DNA of 64,000 nt from an uncultured Clostridia bacterium (lineage in GTDB: Bacteria; UBA6262; WVXT01): contig CAYFRM010000075.1 in NCBI GenBank assembly GCA_964345635.1, positions 11,531 through 75,530 of the forward strand, written 5' to 3'. Made by a program: the position numbers and the translations under genes. The notes below the pieces were generated by a model, which worked only from the letters and a program-made list of their open reading frames with translations, made no database searches and was not told where the DNA came from. Positions 38,737-47,015 of the stretch are shown piece by piece (position 1 is the stretch's first letter; every line of letters begins with the position of its first letter).

Positions 38737-39888
38737 GTGGAAACATTCGAATATTATTTTCCCACCCGCATAGTTTGTGGCCCGGGCTGCGTCGGCAAGG
38801 TGGCAGAAGAAATCAAAAAGGCGAGAGTGGTGAAACCTCTTTTGATTACCGACCCGGGAATAATTCGCGCCGGTCTTGTCGCGGAAACAAGGAAGAGATT
38901 CAAGAAGGAACACATAGATTTTGCCGTTTTCCAGGACGTAAGAGCTAACCCATCAATTTCAGTAGTGGAAAAATGTCACAATCTATTCCGGAAAGAGTCG
39001 TGTGACTCTCTGCTTGCTCTGGGAGGGGGCAGTTCCATCGATACTGCCAAGGCTGTGGGAATATTGGAGAATAACGGTGGCAGGATTATGGATTATGAAG
39101 GGGTAGGCAAAGTGGAAAAGCGTATTCCCTGGATGGTGGCCGTACCCACGACCTATGGGTCAGGCAGTGAAGTGACCTCCTTTGCTGTAATCACTGACGA
39201 AGCGCGGAAATTTAAGGCCGCTATCGGAAGCCCGATGATCATACCCCACCTCGCTCTGGTAGACCCCGAACTTATGGTGGCACTTCCTTATGACGTTGCT
39301 GCCAGCGTCGGTCTGGACGCGCTCTGTCATGCCGTGGAGTCGTATTGTTCAAAAATGGCAACTCCTTTCTCGGAAATGCTCGCCCTCAAGGCGATTCGAT
39401 TAATTTCAGAGAACATAAGAAGAGCGGTAGAGAGTGACAAGGACATTGAAGCCACCTTCAATATGGCGATAGCGAGCACTATGGCCGGTATGGCGTTCAG
39501 CCTTTCCCGTCTGGGGCTGGTCCACGCTATGAGTCACCCTCTCGGCGGGATGTACGGTATTGCGCACGGCGTGGCCAATACGCTTCTTCTTCCTTATATA
39601 ATGGAATATAATGCGCAGGCTGTGCCTGATAAGTACGCGGACATCGCTCGGGTTATGGGCATTGACACCGGGAGTATGAGTGATATAGAAGCAGCGACCA
39701 GGGCAGTAGAGCGAGTGGCTGCTTTGCGAGATTCTTTGGGAGTACCTGCCAGACTTGGTCCCCTGGGCGTAGGGAAAAAAGATATTCCGCAGATGGCAAG
39801 AGATGCCATGAAAAGCGGAAACGTAAAAGTTAACCCGCGAGAAACAACCCTGGAAGATGCCATTGCCCTATACAATAGAGCACTTTAG
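38737..39888 (+). CDS. Iron-containing alcohol dehydrogenase
   Basis: GTG start after AAGGAG RBS (track ORF start overlaps tRNA); 'GGGSSIDTAK' NAD-binding and His-rich Fe site 'HAMSHPLG'. Confidence 0.85.
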   Translation: METFEYYFPTRIVCGPGCVGKVAEEIKKARVVKPLLITDPGIIRAGLVAETRKRFKKEHIDFAVFQDVRANPSISVVEKCHNLFRKESCDSLLALGGGSSIDTAKAVGILENNGGRIMDYEGVGKVEKRIPWMVAVPTTYGSGSEVTSFAVITDEARKFKAAIGSPMIIPHLALVDPELMVALPYDVAASVGLDALCHAVESYCSKMATPFSEMLALKAIRLISENIRRAVESDKDIEATFNMAIASTMAGMAFSLSRLGLVHAMSHPLGGMYGIAHGVANTLLLPYIMEYNAQAVPDKYADIARVMGIDTGSMSDIEAATRAVERVAALRDSLGVPARLGPLGVGKKDIPQMARDAMKSGNVKVNPRETTLEDAIALYNRAL

Positions 39889-40015
39889 TTTTCAAAATCC
39901 ATCATCAGCCAAAAGCCGGCTATGGGAGCAAATCAGAGCGCGGCGTAGGATTTAAAGTATTATCTTAATATTTTTGTAATTAGTTAAGTTTCTCAGATAG
40001 TTCTGGAGGTAAAAA

Positions 40016-41470
40016 ATGAACCCAGTAAATAAGAATTATATCAAGGGCAAATGGCAAGAATCAAGGGGTGGCGCCAGGTTACAAAGCATTAATCCCGCAG
40101 ATACCACTGACGTGATAGGTACATATCAGCGTTCAACAGTGGAGGATGTGAATTTAGCTTTTGGTGCCGCAGAGAGCGCCCGGAAGTCCTGGTCGGCGAT
40201 ACCAGCCACTCAAAGGGGGGACCTGCTGTTCAAGGCAGCGAATATTCTGGAAGAACGACAGGAGAAAGTGGCGGCAATGGTAACCCGGGAAATGGGTAAG
40301 ACATTACCGGAAGCAAAAGGCGAGGTGTTGAGAGGCCTCCAGCTGCTCCGCTTTTATGGAGGAGAGGGATGGAGAATGACCGGGACTACTTTTCCCTCAG
40401 GCAAACAGGGCAGACTTCTCTTCACCATGCGTGAACCTCTGGGAGTAGTCTGTATACTCACTCCCTGGAATTTTCCTTTCGTGATACCTTTGTGGAAAAT
40501 CGCGCCGGCGCTGGTTTATGGTAACGCTGTGGTTTTTAAGCCGGCTAATCTCACTCCGCACTGCGGTCTGGAACTGACCCGCATTATCGACGAAGCCGGT
40601 TTTCCCCATGGTGTCTTCAATTTTATTACGGGAACGAGCAGCGAATTGGGCGATGCCCTGGTCACCCACCCGGCAGTGAACGGAATTTCGTTTACCGGCT
40701 CCTGCGCCACAGGGGCGAAGATTGCCCTCAAGGCAGCCGGGCGACGTCTTAAATTACAGCTGGAGATGGGCGGGCAGAACCCTTTAATTGTTATGGAGGA
40801 CGCTGATCTCGACCAGGCTACGGATATTGCAATCAACGGCTCTTTCTGGTCAACCGGGCAGAAATGTACGGCGACAGGTAGAATAATAGTTCAGGAAAAG
40901 GTGCACAAGGAGTTTAGCGAACTTTTGGTCAGGAAGACCAAGAATCTCAGGGTAGGAAACGGCATGGATGCGGAAACGCAAGTTGGGCCGATGGTCAGCG
41001 AGGAACAACTGGAGATGGTGCTGGATTATGTAGAGGTGGGAAAAAAAGAGGGAGCCAGGCTTCTATGCGGCGGAGGGCGGCTTAAGGGAAAAAAATACGA
41101 CAAAGGGTACTTTATTGAACCAACCATATTCGGGGAAGTCAAACCCAAGATGAGAATCGCGCAGGAAGAGGTATTCGGTCCTTTTGTTTGTATACTAAAA
41201 GCCAGAGACCTCCCGGAAGCGCTGGACATTGCCAATGATTCCCGCTACGGATTAAGCGGGTCCATCTGTACCGGAGAGACCAGGAACGTGCTCAAGTTCG
41301 TACGCGAGATTGGCGTGGGCTTAGTGCATGTGAACAATTCGACTGCCGGCGCAGAGCCTCATGTCCCCTTCGGAGGAATGAAAGATTCCACTTCTTACTT
41401 TCGGGAAATGGGCAGAACTGCCATCGAATTCTTCACTCAATACAAGACCGTTTATATGGACGCTACGTAA
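40016..41470 (+). CDS. NAD(P)-dependent aldehyde dehydrogenase
   Basis: 484 aa; 'LEMGGQNP' catalytic Glu and 'GQKCTATGR' catalytic Cys motifs. Confidence 0.9.
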   Translation: MNPVNKNYIKGKWQESRGGARLQSINPADTTDVIGTYQRSTVEDVNLAFGAAESARKSWSAIPATQRGDLLFKAANILEERQEKVAAMVTREMGKTLPEAKGEVLRGLQLLRFYGGEGWRMTGTTFPSGKQGRLLFTMREPLGVVCILTPWNFPFVIPLWKIAPALVYGNAVVFKPANLTPHCGLELTRIIDEAGFPHGVFNFITGTSSELGDALVTHPAVNGISFTGSCATGAKIALKAAGRRLKLQLEMGGQNPLIVMEDADLDQATDIAINGSFWSTGQKCTATGRIIVQEKVHKEFSELLVRKTKNLRVGNGMDAETQVGPMVSEEQLEMVLDYVEVGKKEGARLLCGGGRLKGKKYDKGYFIEPTIFGEVKPKMRIAQEEVFGPFVCILKARDLPEALDIANDSRYGLSGSICTGETRNVLKFVREIGVGLVHVNNSTAGAEPHVPFGGMKDSTSYFREMGRTAIEFFTQYKTVYMDAT

Positions 41471-41542
41471 GAAAGAGGCGAGTACATTTTAGGCCTTGCA
41501 TTATGAGCATAGACTGTTTAGAAGATTCTTCTATTTAATAAT

Positions 41543-41767
41543 ATGATTTTAAACGTTAAAGTAATTCCCCGTGCCAGAAAGAACCAGATCAAGAAAGAAG
41601 AAAATTGCTGGAAAGTTCACCTCACGGCACCGGCGGAAAAAGGAAAGGCAAATAGACTTCTGATTAAGTTATTGTCTCAGGAATTCAAAGTGAAAAAGAA
41701 CCAGGTGAGAATAGTCCAGGGGGAGAAATCGAGGTATAAAATTGTACAGATAGAATTTTTGGCTTGA
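41543..41767 (+). CDS. DUF167 (YggU-like) small protein
   Basis: 74 aa; 'LNVKVIPRARKNQI..GKANRLLIKLLS' pattern. Confidence 0.6.
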   Translation: MILNVKVIPRARKNQIKKEENCWKVHLTAPAEKGKANRLLIKLLSQEFKVKKNQVRIVQGEKSRYKIVQIEFLA

Positions 41768-41792
41768 TTTTTTTCTATGGAAATAGTATAAT
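41764..41792 (+). promoter_or_regulatory. Candidate promoter TTGATT-17-TATAAT for response-regulator gene
   Basis: Perfect -10 hexamer 7 nt upstream region of ATG 41799, 17-nt spacer. Confidence 0.45.
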
Positions 41793-41798
41793 CTTAAC

Positions 41799-42239
41799 AT
41801 GGAGAAAAGGGTACTGCGGATATTGGTAATAGACGATGAAGAAGGCGTCCTGAGACTGCTTCAGTTCAGACTGGGAAAGTTTGGACACGAAGTGATTACC
41901 GCTAATAATGGACCGGAAGGAATCAGAAAAGCCAGGATGTTTGAGCCGGACCTTATCCTTCTGGACCTGGTTATGCCCGGGATGAGTGGTTTCAGGGTTT
42001 GTGAGCTATTGAAATCCTATAAGAAAACAAAAGATATTCCCGTTTTCATATTTACGGCTCTGGACCGAATGGAAGACGTTGAGCGCGCTTTTGAGAAGGG
42101 CGCGGATGATTATATCGTGAAGCCGTTTGAAGTTGTAACCATCAATAATACCATTGAGAATAAATTCAATATGTTTGTGGAAAAAATCGAATATAAGTCA
42201 GACTTCCGGGAAAAGCACAAAGAAATTTCCGAAGAATAA
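41799..42239 (+). CDS. Standalone response-regulator receiver domain protein (CheY-like)
   Basis: 146 aa; 'ILVIDDEE', phospho-acceptor 'LILLDLVMPGMSG', 'KPF'. Confidence 0.8.
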   Translation: MEKRVLRILVIDDEEGVLRLLQFRLGKFGHEVITANNGPEGIRKARMFEPDLILLDLVMPGMSGFRVCELLKSYKKTKDIPVFIFTALDRMEDVERAFEKGADDYIVKPFEVVTINNTIENKFNMFVEKIEYKSDFREKHKEISEE

Positions 42240-42276
42240 CTTTTAAGAATATTCTTGATTTTCATTATTGGAATTA

Positions 42277-42303
42277 ATCTTCCCAGACGGGAAGATTTTT
42301 TTA
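42277..42303 (+). terminator. Rho-independent terminator
   Basis: ATCTTCCC-agac-GGGAAGAT perfect 8-bp stem followed by T7. Confidence 0.75.
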
Positions 42304-42304
42304 T

Positions 42305-42334
42305 TTGATTCTTGGTTGAAAAATCTACTATAAT
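42305..42334 (+). promoter_or_regulatory. Candidate promoter TTGATT-18-TATAAT
   Basis: Immediately downstream of terminator, upstream of membrane-protein gene. Confidence 0.4.
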
Positions 42335-42362
42335 TACACCATCCTTGCGGGAGTCAGTTACT

Positions 42363-43568
42363 ATGCACGACCTGATAATTTTAATTGCTGCTCTGGGAAT
42401 TATTCTGATTCTTTTCAAATGGAGACTGAATCTCACTCTGACTATGATAGTAGCGGCACTCTTTCTGGGTATCGCGTACAGGTTTAATTCGACAGAGATT
42501 TCGAAAACTTTTTATTCTGCTTGCGTCTCCAGGGAGACCCTGGAGATTGCCGCCACACTCTTTTTCGTGATCATATTCAACCTTTGTATGACCGCGGCCT
42601 ATACTTTCAAGAAAATAATTAGCAATATGAAAAATATACTGTCGGACATAAGGTGGATTATCGCCGTTGTTCCCGCGGTAATCGGTTTTCTTCCCATGTT
42701 TGGTGGTGCTCTCGTTTCCGCTCCCGTGGTAAAAAAAGTCACCCAGGAAATGGGCATATCAAACGAGCGAAAAACCTTTCTCAATTTTTGGTTTAGACAT
42801 ATCTGGGAGTATACCCTGCCGCTCTACCCGGGAATCCTGGTGGCTGCGGGTATTCTGGGCGTGCCCGTCTACAGGATAATCGCCAGCAATAGCATCCTGA
42901 CTGTGAGTGCAATTGTTATAGGGATAATTTGGGGTACCGGGAGATTGAAACGGAGAACCGAACATTCTCCGGAAGTTTTTTCCGGAAAAGGTCAGGCAAT
43001 TCTCAATTTTCTCTTCAACCTATCGCCAATTATCCTGGTGATGGTTCTGGTTCTCGTTTTCAGGTTAAAAGTTTTATACGCTCTCATTGCGGCAATAATG
43101 TTCACGATCATCGCCAATAAGATTCCCCTTAGAAAAATTTTGCGCACTGTGAAAGAAGAGAAGTACGGGATGATTCTTATGGTCTTTGCCATTATGATTT
43201 TCAAGGGAATGTTGACAGCCACAGGGATAATAGAGCGCCTGCCTCTTTTCTTTAAGAGTGCGGGCATTCCCCGGTACCTGGTTATTTCTTTTCTTCCTTT
43301 CATTGCGGGTTTTTTAACGGGAATGACCATGGCCGCAGTGGGCATCACTTTCCCGGTTATTCTGCCCCTTTTTGATGGTAAGTTATCACTTATGACTTTT
43401 TCCTTTATGTGTGGATTTGCCGGGGTCTTGTTGACACCCGTCCACTTTTGCCTGGCGTTAACCAGAGAATATTTCCGGGCTGACTGGCTGAAACTTTATC
43501 GCAAAGAATTGATTCTTCCGGTATTCCTGATGATAGTAATCGGACTTATTTATACTGTGATAGTGTAG
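42363..43568 (+). CDS. Polytopic integral membrane protein (DUF401-like, putative transporter)
   Basis: About 400 aa, 10 or more hydrophobic segments; start chosen at 'MHDLIIL' after terminator/promoter. Confidence 0.45.
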   Translation: MHDLIILIAALGIILILFKWRLNLTLTMIVAALFLGIAYRFNSTEISKTFYSACVSRETLEIAATLFFVIIFNLCMTAAYTFKKIISNMKNILSDIRWIIAVVPAVIGFLPMFGGALVSAPVVKKVTQEMGISNERKTFLNFWFRHIWEYTLPLYPGILVAAGILGVPVYRIIASNSILTVSAIVIGIIWGTGRLKRRTEHSPEVFSGKGQAILNFLFNLSPIILVMVLVLVFRLKVLYALIAAIMFTIIANKIPLRKILRTVKEEKYGMILMVFAIMIFKGMLTATGIIERLPLFFKSAGIPRYLVISFLPFIAGFLTGMTMAAVGITFPVILPLFDGKLSLMTFSFMCGFAGVLLTPVHFCLALTREYFRADWLKLYRKELILPVFLMIVIGLIYTVIV

Positions 43569-43630
43569 GTGTAGGGGCGGCACTCCGTGGCCGCCCAGGG
43601 AAGGGACGGCACAGAGTCCGCCCCCTGCAG
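43564..43630 (+). repeat. Repeat family A, compact copy A3
   Basis: GTAGGGGCGGCACTCCGTGGCCGCCC..GGGACGGCACAGAGTCCGCCCCCTGCAG; two internal 7-bp-stem hairpins inside an outer GTAG/CTAC-type closing stem. Confidence 0.8.
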
Positions 43631-43649
43631 AAATGAAAAGGAGACAATA

Positions 43650-44747
43650 ATGATGAGGAAAAAGCAGGTCATATTGAAAAAACAACCGCTGCAGGATTTT
43701 GTGGCGGAAGTTTTCAAAAAATTGGGCGTTAGCAGCTCGGATGCCAGAATAGCTGCTGATATTATTGTTGCTGCTGACTTAAAAGGATTTGGTTCACACG
43801 GCGTTTCTCGCCTGAAGAGGTACGTGGAAGGGATAAAGACAGGCAGCATTGAACCAGTCGCCAGGATAAAGGTAGTCAAAGAAACAGCGGTTAGTGCTTT
43901 AATCGACGGCGGAAACGGCCTGGGCCAGGTGGTGGCATACAGAGCTATGCAGAAGTGCATGGAGATTGCGGAAAAGACGGGAGTGGGCTTTGTCGGTGCG
44001 AGAAATAGCAACCACTTTGGAATCGCCGGTTATTACTCCGCGATGGCTTTAGCAAAAAATATGGTTGGTATTTCTGTCACCAACGCTCGTTCTTCGGTCG
44101 CTCCCACCTTCGGAGTGGAACCGGTTCTGGGGACAAATCCCGTAAGTGTGGCTGTGCCCACGGGGGGACCGTTTCCCTTCGTCCTGGATATGGCCACGAG
44201 TATAATCCAGAGGGGAAAACTGGAAGTGCTGGAGAGGGAAAACAAAAAGATGCTTTCCGGTTGGGCGATAGATGAAAAAGGCAAGACCCTCACCAGTCCC
44301 CGAAAGGTCACGCGAGGTATATTTGCCGGAAAAGCAGCGCTTCTTCCCCTGGGAGGAATAGGAGAAGATTTTAGCGGACACAAGGGATACGGGCTGGGTC
44401 TACTCGTAGATATTCTGTGTGCCGGCCTCACGGGTGCCAATTATGGTCTCAACCTTTCGCGCTCCCGAAAAGGAGGGTATAATCTCGGGCATTTCTTGGG
44501 AGCAATTAAGATAGAGCTTTTCCGCCCCGTTGATGAATTCAAGAATACGATAGATTCCATGTTTAAAGAAATAAGAAATTCCAGGAAATTTCCCGGGGAA
44601 AAGAGAATCTATGTCGCCGGGGAGAAGGAATTTGAGATGGAAAATCGGAGAAAAAAAGAAGGGATTCCCGTACATCCCGAGGTATTTAAATATATGAAAT
44701 CTTTGCAAGGAACGCTTAAAATAAAAGGACTGGAAATAGAAAAGTAA
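43650..44747 (+). CDS. Ldh_2-family malate/L-lactate/sulfolactate dehydrogenase
   Basis: Start 'MMRKKQVIL' (track ORF start lies in repeat A3); 'GSHGVSRL', 'NSNHFGIAGYY', 'GHKGYGLGLLVD' family motifs. Confidence 0.75.
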   Translation: MMRKKQVILKKQPLQDFVAEVFKKLGVSSSDARIAADIIVAADLKGFGSHGVSRLKRYVEGIKTGSIEPVARIKVVKETAVSALIDGGNGLGQVVAYRAMQKCMEIAEKTGVGFVGARNSNHFGIAGYYSAMALAKNMVGISVTNARSSVAPTFGVEPVLGTNPVSVAVPTGGPFPFVLDMATSIIQRGKLEVLERENKKMLSGWAIDEKGKTLTSPRKVTRGIFAGKAALLPLGGIGEDFSGHKGYGLGLLVDILCAGLTGANYGLNLSRSRKGGYNLGHFLGAIKIELFRPVDEFKNTIDSMFKEIRNSRKFPGEKRIYVAGEKEFEMENRRKKEGIPVHPEVFKYMKSLQGTLKIKGLEIEK

Positions 44748-44792
44748 ATTTTTTGGTTGATTATTTAGGAAAAAGAGTATAATATAATATAA

Positions 44793-46190
44793 ATGTTCAA
44801 CAACACCAAAATAAAACAAAAATTTAAGTCCGCGCTTTTTATGACTATTTTTTTGTCCCTTCCGTTATTCTTCCAATCCGTAAGTAGTTCTCCTTCGCCC
44901 ATGCAGGAAAAAATAGAATCTTTAAAACAGGTAATTAAAGAAGCGGAAAATTTCTATAATCAGGCAGTGATAGCTTACGAAGAGGGAAATGTAAATCTCG
45001 CGGAGAATCTGTATGAGCGTGCTTTGAAAAGATTGGCCAAGTCGAATCTGGATGCCGTTATGAACTATCAATTGAAGGAGGAATACGATAATCTCTTCGG
45101 CAAATTGGACGTTCTTCTGGAAGAGATGGACAGAAATTCCAGGTCGATTCTCGACGTTTCTAAAGAAGAGCTGAAAAGAACAGAAAATCTGGAAGCAGAG
45201 GAGATAAAAGGGAATTATATCATTCCCATAGATATTGAAAATAGTATAGTAAAAAGATACATAAAACTTTATACTAAGGGAGAAAGAAAAAAAGCTATTG
45301 CCCAGGCACTGGAAAGGTCGGGAAGATACCGGGAGATGATCCTGGGAGTTCTGAAAGAATACGACCTTCCTCGAGAGCTAATCTATTTGCCCGTAGTGGA
45401 AAGTCTCTATAAGGTTAATGCTTATTCCCGGGCCCGCGCACTCGGGCTATGGCAGTTAATGGAGACTCCTGCCAGAAATTTGGGATTAGTCATCAATTAC
45501 TGGATAGACGAGAGGAGAAATCCGGAAAAGTCTACCCGTGCTGCCCTTAAATTTCTTAAGGATCTCTACACCTGGTTCAATGACTGGCATTTAGCTCTGG
45601 CCGCCTATAATCGGGGACAAAAAGGAATTGGAAGTGATTTGAAATTTTCCAAGTCTGTCAACTTTAACCAGTTAGTAGAAAGAGAAGCTTTGCCCAAGGA
45701 AACGGAGAACTTTGTTCCCAAATTTATGGCGTGCGTAATTATCGGTGAGAATTATCAGGACTACGGATTCTCTCTGAATTTTGAACAGCCTCTAAAGTAC
45801 GACGAAGTAGTTCTGGATAAGGTGATTGACCTGGAAGTTATTGCCAGGTGCGTGGGCACAAAAGAGACCGAGATAAAAAAATTGAATCCGGATTTACGAG
45901 CCTGGTGCACTCCCAGAAATTATCCTGATTTTAAGTTAAGACTTCCCCCGGGAACGAAGGATAAGTTCCTCATCAATATCGCCAAGGTAAAAGATTTAAC
46001 TCCGGGGAGGGGATTTATTCGTTATAGAGTGAAGAAGGGAGATTTTTTGGGAAGAATTGCCCGCAAATACTTCACTACGGTATATGCAATAAAAAGAGAC
46101 AATAAGATAAGAAATATCAATATAATCAGGGCAGGACGGGTGTTGATCATAAGGCCCGGAAGAAAGTACTTCCTTAACAAGAAGGGGTAA
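44793..46190 (+). CDS. Lytic transglycosylase (SLT domain) with C-terminal LysM domain
   Basis: 465 aa; signal peptide; 'ESLYKVNAYSRARALGLWQLM' SLT catalytic Glu region; C-terminal 'YRVKKGDFLGRIARKY' LysM. Confidence 0.75.
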   Translation: MFNNTKIKQKFKSALFMTIFLSLPLFFQSVSSSPSPMQEKIESLKQVIKEAENFYNQAVIAYEEGNVNLAENLYERALKRLAKSNLDAVMNYQLKEEYDNLFGKLDVLLEEMDRNSRSILDVSKEELKRTENLEAEEIKGNYIIPIDIENSIVKRYIKLYTKGERKKAIAQALERSGRYREMILGVLKEYDLPRELIYLPVVESLYKVNAYSRARALGLWQLMETPARNLGLVINYWIDERRNPEKSTRAALKFLKDLYTWFNDWHLALAAYNRGQKGIGSDLKFSKSVNFNQLVEREALPKETENFVPKFMACVIIGENYQDYGFSLNFEQPLKYDEVVLDKVIDLEVIARCVGTKETEIKKLNPDLRAWCTPRNYPDFKLRLPPGTKDKFLINIAKVKDLTPGRGFIRYRVKKGDFLGRIARKYFTTVYAIKRDNKIRNINIIRAGRVLIIRPGRKYFLNKKG

Positions 46191-46228
46191 ACTCCTCTTA
46201 AGAAATCGGATTGTTCAATAATTGAATT

Positions 46229-46990
46229 ATGACTCAGCATGCTCAAAACGAAGGGATGAAGCCGGTATATATCGAGGCCTTCGACCTCGATGACGCCTGG
46301 TTTCAGTGTCTGTCGGCAATACTGGAAAGGGGACAGGTTTACACCATTACCAGAGGTAGCTATCAGGGACAGAAGCGGCTCGAATTTGACTTTGTTACTC
46401 TCAGGGTCAGGAAACCTTCGCATCAGATAATTCCCCTCATTCCCGAAGGTTCGGGCATTCCTGCCCCCACTACCATGGAGTACGTCCAGGGATACCTGGA
46501 ATACCTTTTGACCGGAGCTAAGACAGAGACCGAAGACTATACCTACGGTGAGAGGCTGGTTGACCCCAAGGTGAGAATAGAGGAAAATCTTGAGGGAAAA
46601 AGGATGATGAGAGAAATCCCTCTTAATGTCAACCAGATAGAGGAAGTCGTAAAAATGTACAGGACAGAGGGATACGGGACAAATCAGGCGATAATGGAAA
46701 TCGGAATGCCTTCCGACGTTAGTTTGAAAGACCCTCCCTGTTTGAGATTGATAGATACCAGAATCAGGTATGGCAAGCTCCATTTCATACCTTATTTCCG
46801 GTCGTGGGATTTATGGGGAGGGTTTCCTTCAAACCTTGGCGGACTGCAACTGGTAAAGCAATACATGGCAGAAGAAATTGGAGTTGAGGACGGGGAAATA
46901 ATAGCAATAAGTAAAGGGCTCCACCTTTATGATTATACCTGGGAATGGGCAAAGCAGAGAACCACAAAATATGATAAGAAAATAGAATAA
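46229..46990 (+). CDS. Thymidylate synthase, archaeal-like short ThyA form
   Basis: 253 aa; 'PPCLRLIDTR' (catalytic Cys) and 'RSWDLWGGFPSNLGG' resembling ThyA 'RSCDVFLGLPFNIAS'. Confidence 0.55.
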   Translation: MTQHAQNEGMKPVYIEAFDLDDAWFQCLSAILERGQVYTITRGSYQGQKRLEFDFVTLRVRKPSHQIIPLIPEGSGIPAPTTMEYVQGYLEYLLTGAKTETEDYTYGERLVDPKVRIEENLEGKRMMREIPLNVNQIEEVVKMYRTEGYGTNQAIMEIGMPSDVSLKDPPCLRLIDTRIRYGKLHFIPYFRSWDLWGGFPSNLGGLQLVKQYMAEEIGVEDGEIIAISKGLHLYDYTWEWAKQRTTKYDKKIE

Positions 46991-47015
46991 TTTGTTCACA
47001 CATTTCTCTGCTTAA

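Noticed and set aside
43587-43649. Upstream ATG start for the Ldh_2-family gene
   Set aside because: The extension would be encoded by repeat A3 (MAAQGRDGTESAPCRNEKE..). The internal ATG at 43650 with the conserved N-terminus is preferred.
46022-46783. 253-aa minus-strand ORF
   Set aside because: Overlaps the lytic transglycosylase and ThyA-like genes on the opposite strand, with no motifs. It is a shadow ORF.
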